Assembly (NCBI GenBank): GCA_965226055.1
Contig: CBDDCA010000004.1
Coordinates: 152,695-216,694, forward strand
Reading direction: 5' to 3'
Source: Spirochaetia bacterium
GTDB lineage: Bacteria; Spirochaetota; Spirochaetia; WTKD01; G963693115
Length of the DNA: 64,000 nucleotides
The first letter of the stretch is position 1; each line of letters begins with the position of its first letter. This document shows, in pieces, positions 48,248 through 58,319 of the stretch. A model generated the notes under the pieces. The model saw only the letters and a program-made list of their open reading frames with translations. It ran no database searches and was not told where the DNA came from. The translations under genes were made by a program, and so were the position numbers.

Positions 48248-51198
48248 TAGATACGCTATTTTATCCTATAGAATATGTGCTACAGGTCATACTGGAAATC
48301 AGTTATGGTATAACCAATAATTATGGTGTTTCCCTTATTTTGCTCAGTGTAATAGTGAGTTCTGCATTATTGCCGATATATGCACTTGCAGATTCATGGA
48401 GAGAAAAAGAGAAGGCTCATCAAAAAAGAATGAGTGTTGATATACAACCGATAAAAAAGCATTATCATGGTGTAGAACGATATTACAGCATTCGTGCTGC
48501 CTATAAAGTGTATAAATATTCTCCTTTGTTTTCGTTGCGTACTGCATGTGGGTTTCTTATTCAGATACCGTTTTTCTTTGCTGCATATCATTTTCTTTCT
48601 CAGTATACGGCTTTATCAGGAGTACATTTTGGTATTATCCAAGATTTAGGAGCTCCAGATGGGATATTGTATGGGATTAATCTCCTTCCTTTTGTTATGA
48701 CTATCATAAATGTTACTGCAGGATTTTTCTATATAAAAGAATGGAATAAAAATGAGTTGCTACAGTTATGTGGGTTATCATTATTTTTTCTTATTGTTCT
48801 CTATAATTCACCTGCAGGGTTAGTGTTATATTGGACAATGAACAATTGTTTTTCTCTTGTAAAATACATATATATAAATAGAAAAAATCTTCGTGTACGT
48901 ACTTCACAAAGTATGGCATTTATTACTCGTGCTGGTGCTAGTAAAGAGATGGTCTCGATCATTATGTTTTTACTGTTTCTTGGGGGGTATTTTCTCCTTC
49001 ACTATGCTTTGTATGTTGATAGAGCTTCTATCAGTGCACAGTATTCTCTCTACACTGCTCTGTGGTTGTTATATGTATGTACTTGTCTTGTGTATTTCTA
49101 TTATATTGTAAGTGCAGGAACAAAGAGAATGTTGCGTTTAGATGTGATATTGTCATTGCTGTTTTTTATTCCTTCGTTGATAGGAGGGATATATCTTTTA
49201 CAGCAACTCCATGCTACATCACTTATAGGAAGTTTCGGTAACTCTTCTGTAATGGTGTTTCAGCGTGTTGTTACTCTTAATAATGTAGCTCAGGGAGTAG
49301 CGCTATTGCTCTTACTTTCTGTTCTTTTTAGTAGCTATTCTCTGTTACGGCACAATGTCTCTATTCCTATTGTTGCAAACATTTCCTATACCTTTAAGCT
49401 ATTTGCGATTATGCTCTTCTTTTTTGTATTTATAGTGATATGTGCAGTTCCGTTTAGTTTATACATAACAGATCCAGAAGATTTAGGGGCAAGTGTGTCT
49501 GTATTGGTAAGTTCTGTATTAGTAGTAGCTGTAATAGTATATGCTGTGTTGTTTTTGATAGGATATGGTAGCTTTCGGGTGAGTACTCGTGTGTTTCATA
49601 GTATCACCACGATAGTGATTGTGCTTACTGTAGTGAGTGTATTGTATGGGTTTATCTTAGATTTAAGAATAGGAGTGTTGCGAGGAGGAAGGTTTTCAAA
49701 TGATGATATTCTTCTTACAGAGCAGATGCTTGCTAATTTTTTTGAAATAGTAGCTTTATGCGTGCTTATATATATTATATATTATTATCTTCCCTATATA
49801 AAAAGATATTTGGTTATTTTTTTAAGTATAATGGTTCTCTTTTTAGGTGGTACTATGATACAGAAAACAGTAGCATACAATAATACTGTAGCAAGCAATG
49901 TCGATATAGACAAGGCAACAGTATTGCCAAACTATCATACTCATATCGCTTCTTTTTCTGAGGAGAAAAATATACTCTATGTGATTCTGGATGCATTTTC
50001 TGCAAATTTTTTAGAAAAGATATTAAAGAGATATCCGCAGCTGAATGTTGGATTAGATGGGTTTACGTGGTATAAAAACACAGTATCAATTTCTGAACAG
50101 ACATATCATAGTATGAATGCGATGATAGCAGGATATAACTATGCTCCAGACAATATAGGAAAATTCAATAGACCAATGAGTGAGAATATATATCAAGCAA
50201 GAGCGTATTGGTCAAAAAAACTCCCTGAATATGATATAAGTTATATTGATGGAGCATGGGCTAATGTAGAAAGATTGAATACATTAAAAAATGTAACTGC
50301 TGTGAAGACTCCGTATGATTATTTTCCTTATTATGAAAACAATGTTCCAGAGCTGCATACAATGGTACAATTTTGGAAAAATTTTAAGCAAATATTGGAT
50401 ATTGATAAGATTATAGGAATTTCATTATTTAAGATTGTGCCTTTTCATGTGAAGCAAAGACTATATTCTACAGAAGGAGATATTTTTGAATCTATCAATG
50501 ATGGAGTAGACAAAGACAAATTTATATCTGCTAAATATGCATATAGATATTTGAGGGATTTTGCTTTTCTTAACACTATGGCCACTACAAGTACCGTAAG
50601 TAGTCCTAAACCTACTTTTAAGATGTTTTGGTCATCTGCCCATATGCCATATTTTGTAGAGGAGAACTGTACTTCTATTGCCTCAGATATTCTTTCTGGT
50701 GAACATACAGATTATTATTCTCCAAAGTACAGCTATTCTCATCTTAAATGTTTACTAGAGATCATGGTTACATGGATACAGTGGATGAAAGAAGTGAATA
50801 TATATGATAATACAAAAATTGTTATAGCCTCTGATCATGGTTCAAGTTCTTTTCTTTCTTCTAATGATAAAGAAGATATATATGCTAAAGAAGGGGATAT
50901 TTTTGCGTTATTGATGGTAAAAGATTTTTACGAGCGAGGTAACATAAAAATTTCTCAACAGCTTATGTCAAATGCAGATATTCCTTCTATCCTTGCAAGT
51001 GGTATCCCAGAACATTCTTTTCCTGAACTGCAACAGGATCCTATAATGACAAATCGGGAAGGGGTAGCTCTAAAACATTTTGTATTAGAGTCTGATTATA
51101 ATTTGGCATTGACTGATTTTCAGCTTAAGTATACTATTACTGTGCAAGGTGATGTGTATGATAAAGAAAAATGGGTATTTCAGTATTTTGATAAATAG
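48244..51198 (+). CDS. YidC/Oxa1-like N-terminal domain + multi-TM + alkaline phosphatase/sulfatase-superfamily domain fusion
   Basis: NYGVSLILLS..LLP, LIQIPFFFAAY, DLGAPD, NLLPFVM, PAGLVLYWTMNN; C-terminal ILDAF, SEQT, SAHMPY, YDNTKIVIASDHG, NADIP; GTGA overlap with the previous gene. Confidence 0.82.
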   Translation: MIDTLFYPIEYVLQVILEISYGITNNYGVSLILLSVIVSSALLPIYALADSWREKEKAHQKRMSVDIQPIKKHYHGVERYYSIRAAYKVYKYSPLFSLRTACGFLIQIPFFFAAYHFLSQYTALSGVHFGIIQDLGAPDGILYGINLLPFVMTIINVTAGFFYIKEWNKNELLQLCGLSLFFLIVLYNSPAGLVLYWTMNNCFSLVKYIYINRKNLRVRTSQSMAFITRAGASKEMVSIIMFLLFLGGYFLLHYALYVDRASISAQYSLYTALWLLYVCTCLVYFYYIVSAGTKRMLRLDVILSLLFFIPSLIGGIYLLQQLHATSLIGSFGNSSVMVFQRVVTLNNVAQGVALLLLLSVLFSSYSLLRHNVSIPIVANISYTFKLFAIMLFFFVFIVICAVPFSLYITDPEDLGASVSVLVSSVLVVAVIVYAVLFLIGYGSFRVSTRVFHSITTIVIVLTVVSVLYGFILDLRIGVLRGGRFSNDDILLTEQMLANFFEIVALCVLIYIIYYYLPYIKRYLVIFLSIMVLFLGGTMIQKTVAYNNTVASNVDIDKATVLPNYHTHIASFSEEKNILYVILDAFSANFLEKILKRYPQLNVGLDGFTWYKNTVSISEQTYHSMNAMIAGYNYAPDNIGKFNRPMSENIYQARAYWSKKLPEYDISYIDGAWANVERLNTLKNVTAVKTPYDYFPYYENNVPELHTMVQFWKNFKQILDIDKIIGISLFKIVPFHVKQRLYSTEGDIFESINDGVDKDKFISAKYAYRYLRDFAFLNTMATTSTVSSPKPTFKMFWSSAHMPYFVEENCTSIASDILSGEHTDYYSPKYSYSHLKCLLEIMVTWIQWMKEVNIYDNTKIVIASDHGSSSFLSSNDKEDIYAKEGDIFALLMVKDFYERGNIKISQQLMSNADIPSILASGIPEHSFPELQQDPIMTNREGVALKHFVLESDYNLALTDFQLKYTITVQGDVYDKEKWVFQYFDK

Positions 51199-51258
51199 AT
51201 ATTGTACAAATACTATGAAACTATAAGAAAAAAATATCTCCATAGTGGTAAAAAAAAC

Positions 51259-51285
51259 TTAACTACATGTGTATTGTTCCGAATA
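51259..51285 (+). promoter_or_regulatory. sigma28-like promoter upstream of flgB
   Basis: TTAA-N15-TCCGAATA. Confidence 0.5.
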
Positions 51286-51303
51286 TAAATAACGAGGATA
51301 CCA

Positions 51304-51723
51304 ATGTTTACAAATACACAGTTTGGAAAATTTTTAGATATATCACAACGATCTCTCAGTGCTAAAAAATTTCGTTTTGAGGTTATTGCAAATAATATAG
51401 CAAACGCTGAAACTCCTAATTTTAAGCGTTCTGAAGTAACGTTTGAAAATCGTCTCAGAGAGGCATTAGCATCAGAAAAGTATGAGCCTGTGTTAAAGGC
51501 AGCCAAGACACATGCTTCTCATTATGACTTTTTTACTCCTATGGACTATAGGAAAGTAAAAGTGCGTAGATCGCTTGATTGGAATACACAGGCACTTAAT
51601 AATGGTAATAATGTGTCTATAGATCAAGAAGTAAGCAATAGATTAAAAACTCAGTTATCGTATAATTTAATTACGCGAAGTGTATCCAATGCTTTTAATC
51701 GAATAAATATAGCAATTAGGTAG
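51304..51723 (+). CDS. flgB: flagellar basal body rod protein FlgB
   Basis: VIANNIANAETPNFKR, NGNNVSIDQE. Confidence 0.96.
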   Translation: MFTNTQFGKFLDISQRSLSAKKFRFEVIANNIANAETPNFKRSEVTFENRLREALASEKYEPVLKAAKTHASHYDFFTPMDYRKVKVRRSLDWNTQALNNGNNVSIDQEVSNRLKTQLSYNLITRSVSNAFNRINIAIR

Positions 51724-51729
51724 GTCCTT

Positions 51730-52191
51730 ATGGGAATGTTTACCAGCATAAATATAGCATCGTCTGGGCTAAGTGCTCAGCGTTTACGTGAATCGGTTAT
51801 AAGTAATAATATAGCCAATGTAAATTCTACTCGTACTACACAAGGTGGGCCGTATAGACGTAGCAGGGTAGTTTTTGCTCCTATTACTGATGGTCCAGAA
51901 TGGAAATCTCGTATTGTTCCTAAGATGCTTGATCCAGGTACAGGAAAAGGAGTAAGAGTGGCTGCTATTGAAAAAGATTACGACAATCAATTACGATTGA
52001 AGTATGATCCTACTCATCCAGACGCTATCATATCTGGTCCACGAAAAGGCTATGTTGAAATGCCAAATGTAAATATAGTAGAAGAGTTTACTGATCTTGT
52101 TTCTGCTTCTCGTGCATATCAAGCAAATGTCGAAGTGATAAATAGTGCTACTTCAATGTTTGAGATGGCATTGAATATTGGGATTGCTTAG
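51730..52191 (+). CDS. flgC: flagellar basal body rod protein FlgC
   Basis: SGLSAQRLR..ISNNIAN, YDPTHPDA, GYVEMPNVN, SRAYQAN. Confidence 0.97.
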   Translation: MGMFTSINIASSGLSAQRLRESVISNNIANVNSTRTTQGGPYRRSRVVFAPITDGPEWKSRIVPKMLDPGTGKGVRVAAIEKDYDNQLRLKYDPTHPDAIISGPRKGYVEMPNVNIVEEFTDLVSASRAYQANVEVINSATSMFEMALNIGIA

Positions 52192-52273
52192 TATATACTA
52201 ATTATAGTGTATAATAGTTAGAATGAATATAAAAATATAGGTTTTATTGTAGACTATAACAAAGGGAGGATAT

Positions 52274-52633
52274 ATGAATACAATACTTATACAAGCTAAG
52301 GGAGTGCCTGCTCCTATAGATTCTATAATAACAAATAAGCTCGCATTACAAAAAACACATCCTGCACATTTCTCAAGTGCAACAGATAGCAGCAAAGAGC
52401 TGTCAGAAAATGATTCAAGCAGTTTTAAGAATATTTTACTCAAAGGAATTGATAAGGCATCAGAATTAGAGCACTATGCAGTAGACATTGCACAGCAATC
52501 TCAATTAGATCCCTCTATAGATGAACATGATGTGAGTATAGCAGCAGCAAAAGCGAGTATGGCAGTACAATTAACGCGTAGTATTGTTGATAGAGCTTTA
52601 GAAGCATACAGAAGTATTATAGCATTACGATAA
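52274..52633 (+). CDS. fliE: flagellar hook-basal body protein FliE
   Basis: HDVSIAAAKA, IVDRALEAYRSI; follows flgC. Confidence 0.9.
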   Translation: MNTILIQAKGVPAPIDSIITNKLALQKTHPAHFSSATDSSKELSENDSSSFKNILLKGIDKASELEHYAVDIAQQSQLDPSIDEHDVSIAAAKASMAVQLTRSIVDRALEAYRSIIALR

Positions 52634-52802
52634 AAGAGAACAATGTATTCTCTTTCCTTTCTATAGTACTATCTATTTCGTATGTATAGTATGTTGTATA
52701 AAATAGGAAAGAGTATGTTTTACTAATTGTTAGTATTAGTAGGACTTGTCATTATTTCTTTTTTTTAGTAATATAATTCTTGAGGGGCATTAAAAGGGGA
52801 CT

Positions 52803-54509
52803 ATGCTAAATTTCTTTAAAAAATTTTTTATGTCCATAGTAACATTATGGTCAAAAATATCTGTATTACAAAAAATAATAGCAACTGCATTTTTTGGTAT
52901 TGTAATAATTTTTGTTATATTTATCTCTGTATACAGTGTTCGTGATACGGATATATATTTGTTTACTAATGGTATCAGTGATTCTGTTCAATTACAGAAA
53001 ATAACATTTAGGCTTGATCAGGAAGCTGTGCCATATACTGTTGATAGTAATAATCGTATTAAAGTAAAAGATGTTGGTACTGCACGATATTTAAGAAATA
53101 TTATTGTTCGAGAAAATCTTTTGCCTTCGGATACTGATCCTTGGGAATTATTTGATATTACTCGTTGGACACAAACAGATTTTGAAAGAAATATTAATTT
53201 ACAACGATCTCTTACAAAGCAAATTAAGCAACATATTGAATCTCTTGATGATATTGATAGTGCTGAAGTAACACTGGTTATTCCTGAAGATACTTTATTT
53301 GAAAGCGATAGGAATCCACCATCAGCATCAGTAATACTTACCATTAAGCCTAGTTCTACCATTAGAGAAGAACGAAAGAAGTTAGAAGGTATTGAGCAGT
53401 TGATACTGTTTGCTATTGAAGGATTAACAGAAGACAATTTAACTATCAGTGATTCAAGTGGAGTAGTCTTAAATAATTTTGAAGATTTCGCTGCTTTTGA
53501 CGATCTTGAGCTTACAAAGCGACAGCTGGATATAAAGGCAGGTATAGAAAAGGAATATAAAGAAGCTATATATGATGCATTATCGGGAATATATACTCCT
53601 GATAGAGTGAAGATAGTAAACATTAATGTTGATATGGACTTTGCAAAAAAATCTCAAGAGACAACAGAAAATTTTCCTATAATTGTTCGTAAAGATAATC
53701 CTGAAACTCCATATGATGAGTCGGAAGTTGTTCTCAGTATTGTACGAGCACAGCAAACGGCTAATCAAACATATAAAGGAAGTGGTTTTAATCCTGAAGG
53801 TCCGCCTGGAGTAGAAGGGCAGGTCCCTCCTAGTTATAAAGATTTAGATGGCTTAGTGGCTGAATGGACACATGATACTGATACTTTTAATAATGAAATA
53901 AATCAGCGCAAAATAGTAGAGGAAAAACGTCCTGAGATTACTCGTATCACTGCTAGTGTTGCTCTCGATGGTATCTGGTATACAGAATATGATGATAACG
54001 GAAAGAGAGTGGTCACTTCAAATGGTTCAATACAAAGACGATATGAAGCGTTAGAATCCGCTCAGATACGTCAAGCAAAATTGCTTGTAGAGGCAGCAGT
54101 AGGATATTCTACTGATAGAGAAGATATTGTAAATGTTGAAAATATTCAGTTTGATAGAACAGCTCTTTTTGCTATTGAAGATGCGAAAATTCGTGCTCAA
54201 ATGAGACTGTATCGTATATTGCGCATAAGTGGTTTTGTGGTATTAGGCTTACTTATTGTGTTTATTATATTTAGAATTATTTCTCAGCTTGTTGAAAGCT
54301 ATAGATTAAGAAAAGAAGAAGAGTTAGCAAATAGGTATAGAAGACTGAGAGAGGAACAAATTTCATCATTCCAAATTGGTGAAGAACCTGAGTCTGAAGT
54401 AGATATTTTAAGAAAAGAAATTACACATAAAATTAAACAGTCGCCTGATGAAGTAGTAAAATTAGTTCGTTTATGGGTTGATGGGCCTGTTTCTGTAACA
54501 TTGGAGTAG
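52803..54509 (+). CDS. fliF: flagellar MS-ring protein FliF
   Basis: Two TMs, DPWELFD..WTQTDFERNINL, VTLVIPE, PSASV, GPPGVEG. Confidence 0.95.
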   Translation: MLNFFKKFFMSIVTLWSKISVLQKIIATAFFGIVIIFVIFISVYSVRDTDIYLFTNGISDSVQLQKITFRLDQEAVPYTVDSNNRIKVKDVGTARYLRNIIVRENLLPSDTDPWELFDITRWTQTDFERNINLQRSLTKQIKQHIESLDDIDSAEVTLVIPEDTLFESDRNPPSASVILTIKPSSTIREERKKLEGIEQLILFAIEGLTEDNLTISDSSGVVLNNFEDFAAFDDLELTKRQLDIKAGIEKEYKEAIYDALSGIYTPDRVKIVNINVDMDFAKKSQETTENFPIIVRKDNPETPYDESEVVLSIVRAQQTANQTYKGSGFNPEGPPGVEGQVPPSYKDLDGLVAEWTHDTDTFNNEINQRKIVEEKRPEITRITASVALDGIWYTEYDDNGKRVVTSNGSIQRRYEALESAQIRQAKLLVEAAVGYSTDREDIVNVENIQFDRTALFAIEDAKIRAQMRLYRILRISGFVVLGLLIVFIIFRIISQLVESYRLRKEEELANRYRRLREEQISSFQIGEEPESEVDILRKEITHKIKQSPDEVVKLVRLWVDGPVSVTLE

Positions 54510-54511
54510 CT

Positions 54512-55594
54512 ATGGATACATTTGATAATGATGGTCAGTTTGATATGGACTCGGATATTTTTGTTTCATCTGATGAGAAAAAAATAGAAATTAGTGAAGA
54601 AAAAGATATTTCTGGGAAACAGAAAGCTGCTATACTCATGGTGTCTCTTGGGAATGAAATAGCAAGTGATTTGTTTAAGAAGCTATCAGCAAAAGAAGTA
54701 GAGAGTTTAGTGCTTGAAATTTCTCAGCTAGGAAAATTTAGTAATGATGTAAAATTAAGCGTATTAAAGGAGTTTAATGATATCCTTAGTGCTAATGAGT
54801 ATATAAATATTGGTGGCGTTGATTATGCCCGATCTATACTTGAAACATCGTTGGGAACTTTACGTGCATCCGAGATTATAAATCGGATTATTTATTCTAA
54901 AAAAGGCCCTTTTGATCTTCTCAGAAAAGCAGATGTACCACAGATACAAAGTTTAATTCAAAAAGAAATGCCTCAAACTATAGCTTTATTGTTATCGTAC
55001 TTAGAGCCTAAAAAGGCATCAGAAGTACTGGCAGGACTACCTCCGCAACAGCAAGCGGAAGTAGCAAAGCGTATTGCTACTATTCGACAGATTAGTCCTG
55101 ATATGCTAAGAGATGTTGATAGAGTGTTAGAACAAAAAATTATGGCAATGTCTGGAAGTGATGTGTTAGTTGCTGGTGGTATTGATACAGCGGTAGAAAT
55201 TCTTAACGTTGTTGAGCGGGGTGTTGAAAAAAATATTATAGAGACTATTGAAGATACAGATCCTGAGCTTGCCGAAGAAATTAAAAAACGTATGTTTATA
55301 TTTGATGATATAGTATTACTGGATGATAGATCAATTCAGCGTGTTATTCAAGAAATTGATAATTCGGAATTGGCAAAAGCATTAAAAGGTACTAATGAAC
55401 GTGTGAAAGAAAAATTGTTCTCAAATATGTCTAGTAGAGCAGGGGAGCTTATAAAAGAAGAAATAGAATATATGGGTCCAGTGAGATTACGAGAAGTTGA
55501 GGAAGTGCAACAAAAGATAGTTACAATTATCAGACGTCTTGAAGATCAAGGTGAAGTAGTTATCTCCAGAGGAGAACAGGAAACATTTGTTTAG
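54512..55594 (+). CDS. fliG: flagellar motor switch protein FliG
   Basis: GKQKAAIL, GGVDYA, EMPQTIA, MFIFDDI, NMSSRA, GPVRLREVE. Confidence 0.97.
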   Translation: MDTFDNDGQFDMDSDIFVSSDEKKIEISEEKDISGKQKAAILMVSLGNEIASDLFKKLSAKEVESLVLEISQLGKFSNDVKLSVLKEFNDILSANEYINIGGVDYARSILETSLGTLRASEIINRIIYSKKGPFDLLRKADVPQIQSLIQKEMPQTIALLLSYLEPKKASEVLAGLPPQQQAEVAKRIATIRQISPDMLRDVDRVLEQKIMAMSGSDVLVAGGIDTAVEILNVVERGVEKNIIETIEDTDPELAEEIKKRMFIFDDIVLLDDRSIQRVIQEIDNSELAKALKGTNERVKEKLFSNMSSRAGELIKEEIEYMGPVRLREVEEVQQKIVTIIRRLEDQGEVVISRGEQETFV

Positions 55595-55618
55595 TTTCGG
55601 TAAGTATAGGGAGGTGTC

Positions 55619-56542
55619 GTGAAGTTAAAAAAATTATTACGAGCAGAAGAACTTTCTTCAAGGCAAACTAAGATTATTAGATTAGATTATTCTCATGTTG
55701 AAGGAGTAGGTATTCCTGCAAACTCTACTTTGCCTTCAGATGAAGATAGTAAGAAACAAAAGGTAGTGGAAGCAGCTAAAAAAGAAGCAAAATTATTGAT
55801 AGATAATGCAAAAGAAGAAGTTCAAAAAATAAAGGATATTGCTCAAAAAAACTATGAACTGGAAGTTACTGCAATAAAGCAAGAATATGAAGAAAAAGGA
55901 CAGATATTACAGAATGAGTTTAATCAAAAACAGGATGCACTTGAACAAGAGTATGAAATAAAATATAAGCAACTGCAGCAAGAACAAGAAGCTATAGATA
56001 TCCATTTAGAGCAGTCTAAGGAAGAAATTCGACAGAAAGTATTTCAAGAAATTGTTGAAACGGTAACAAAAGAGACACAGAAACGTGTGAGAGGGGAGTA
56101 TGTACAGTTGATGAAGCAGGTACACGCTATACTTGATCAAGCTATTGAAAAACGAAGGGAGCTTATTAAAGAGTTTGAGCATGAAGTTTCAGATCTCATA
56201 GTACTTATTGTTCAGAAAATTGTAAAAGTGATGAGTGAAAAAGATAGAAGCATTGTAATTAAGAATATACATCAATCTTTGTCTTTGTTGAAAGATAGGG
56301 AGCATTTCCTCGTCCGTGTAAATACTATTGACTTAGGTGCAGTACGTGATGAAGTAAATTCAATGAAAAAGGTACTGAAAATTAAAGGAGTAATCACTGT
56401 AGTTGAAGATAGTACAATTGATCCAGGCGGCTGTGTTATTGAAACAGAGCTTGGCGAAGTTGACGCAAGAATCTCTACTCAGTTGCTTGAGATGACTAAT
56501 AAAATTCGTGAATTAAGTCCTATTAAACATGCAAAATTCTAG
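55619..56542 (+). CDS. fliH: flagellar assembly protein FliH
   Basis: Coiled coil, C-terminal DPGGCVIETELGEVDARI. Confidence 0.93.
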   Translation: MKLKKLLRAEELSSRQTKIIRLDYSHVEGVGIPANSTLPSDEDSKKQKVVEAAKKEAKLLIDNAKEEVQKIKDIAQKNYELEVTAIKQEYEEKGQILQNEFNQKQDALEQEYEIKYKQLQQEQEAIDIHLEQSKEEIRQKVFQEIVETVTKETQKRVRGEYVQLMKQVHAILDQAIEKRRELIKEFEHEVSDLIVLIVQKIVKVMSEKDRSIVIKNIHQSLSLLKDREHFLVRVNTIDLGAVRDEVNSMKKVLKIKGVITVVEDSTIDPGGCVIETELGEVDARISTQLLEMTNKIRELSPIKHAKF

Positions 56543-57848
56543 TTTTAAAAATACTTTCCTAAGATCTATTGCGCAATCTATTGAATATTTTTCTCCTGTT
56601 CATGTGTATGGTCATGTTGTTTCGGTAGAAGGAAACTCTATTATAGTAAAAAATATACAAGCTACTATAGGAGATATTTGTATTGTTGGAAATGGTATTT
56701 TAGCTGAAATTATAGCTATGAAAGAGAATGAAGTGGTAGTAGTTCCTTTTAGCAAAGTAGAAAAAATTAATATTGGGGATAAGGTATGGGTGCAAAAAAC
56801 ATATGGTACTGCTATAAGTGATGCATTGATAGGAAGAACTGTGAATGCATTAGGAAATGCCATTGATGGAAAAGGAAGCATTGCTCATACTGATGATTGT
56901 GTATCCAACACGTATATTCCTAGTGTATTGGAGCGACCTTTAATTGATGAGCAATTATGCACTGGAGTGAAAGCTATTGATAGTTTTATCCCGATAGGAA
57001 AAGGGCAGCGGATAGGGATATTTTCTGGCAGTGGTGTTGGTAAAACAACACTGTTAGGAATGATGATACGTAACTCCTCAGCAGATGTAAATATAGTATG
57101 TTTAGTAGGGGAACGCGGAAGGGAGGTAAAGGAGCTTATTCAGTATACTTTGGGAGAGAGAGGATTAGAGAAAGCTATTATTGTGAATGCATCTTCGCAT
57201 GAATCAGCACCAATGAGAATTAGAGCTGTCAATTATGCACTATCAATAGCTGAATATTTTAGAGATAAAGGAAAAGATGTTGCTTTTTATTTAGATTCTG
57301 TTACACGATTAGTACATGCACAAAGGGAGATTGGGCTTATGAGAGGGGAATTGCCTGCTTCACGTGGATATCCTCCTTCAATATTTCCTCTTCTTGCTAG
57401 TACCTTTGAACGTTGTGGTACCTCTGCTTTTGGATCTATTACAGGTATATTTACTATTTTGGTAGAAGGAGGAGATGCTGACGAGCCTGTTTCTGATGTT
57501 GTAAGAGGTCTTATTGATGGACATATACACTTACAAAGAGAGCTTGCAGAGAGAAATCATTATCCTGCTATCCATATAGCAAGTTCGTTGAGTAGGGTAG
57601 CAAATGATATAGTGAGTAAAGATCATAAGGAAGCAATACATAAAATACGAAAGTATTTAGGGATATACGAACAATCAAAGGATATTATAAATGCTGGAGT
57701 ATATGAAAAAGGATCTAATACTGCATTGGATAATTTTCTTGATGTTATGGATGTATTTAATGCGTTTGTGCAACAATCTATTGATGAAAGTGTTGATTGT
57801 TCCGAAATTCAGAATGAATGTATGGCTTTGGCAAAGCATTTGAGGTAA
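56529..57848 (+). CDS. fliI: flagellar export ATPase FliI
   Basis: GQRIGIFSGSGVGKT, GERGREV, LDSVTR, RGYPPS, DGHI. Confidence 0.96.
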   Translation: MQNSSFKNTFLRSIAQSIEYFSPVHVYGHVVSVEGNSIIVKNIQATIGDICIVGNGILAEIIAMKENEVVVVPFSKVEKINIGDKVWVQKTYGTAISDALIGRTVNALGNAIDGKGSIAHTDDCVSNTYIPSVLERPLIDEQLCTGVKAIDSFIPIGKGQRIGIFSGSGVGKTTLLGMMIRNSSADVNIVCLVGERGREVKELIQYTLGERGLEKAIIVNASSHESAPMRIRAVNYALSIAEYFRDKGKDVAFYLDSVTRLVHAQREIGLMRGELPASRGYPPSIFPLLASTFERCGTSAFGSITGIFTILVEGGDADEPVSDVVRGLIDGHIHLQRELAERNHYPAIHIASSLSRVANDIVSKDHKEAIHKIRKYLGIYEQSKDIINAGVYEKGSNTALDNFLDVMDVFNAFVQQSIDESVDCSEIQNECMALAKHLR

Positions 57849-57854
57849 TACTAT

Positions 57855-58319
57855 ATGAAAAGAAGTAAGTTTGCTCTAAATGGAATTATGACTATTCGCA
57901 AATATAAAGAGCTTATTGCAAGAAAGTCATTGATTGAAGCAAGGCAGCCTTTAGTAAAAGTTGATGAAAAAATACAGATGCTAGAGCAACAAAAACAAAA
58001 AGTGTTGCATAGTACCGCTCCATTATATGATGCCAATAATAGAGAGAAGGAGAAAATACAGAAAGAAAGGAAAGATTCTGATGCTTCTCAGTTACTGTAT
58101 AATTTAGCGTCTTTATCAAGTTATAGTAATGCTATTACTCTATTACACGCAAAGAGAAAATTTATAAAAAAAGAAATAGAGCCATTTCAAAAACAGTATG
58201 GTATTGCTAAAAATAAGTTAGAGACAATGCAAATTTTGTATCGAAATTTTAAGAGTAAAGAAACGAAAAAAATAAATAAGGAAAAAATGGCTGAATTGCA
58301 GGAGATCATGCTATGCTAA
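57855..58319 (+). CDS. fliJ: flagellar export protein FliJ
   Basis: Coiled coil with MKR.KF.L..I..IR start; directly after fliI. Confidence 0.75.
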   Translation: MKRSKFALNGIMTIRKYKELIARKSLIEARQPLVKVDEKIQMLEQQKQKVLHSTAPLYDANNREKEKIQKERKDSDASQLLYNLASLSSYSNAITLLHAKRKFIKKEIEPFQKQYGIAKNKLETMQILYRNFKSKETKKINKEKMAELQEIMLC

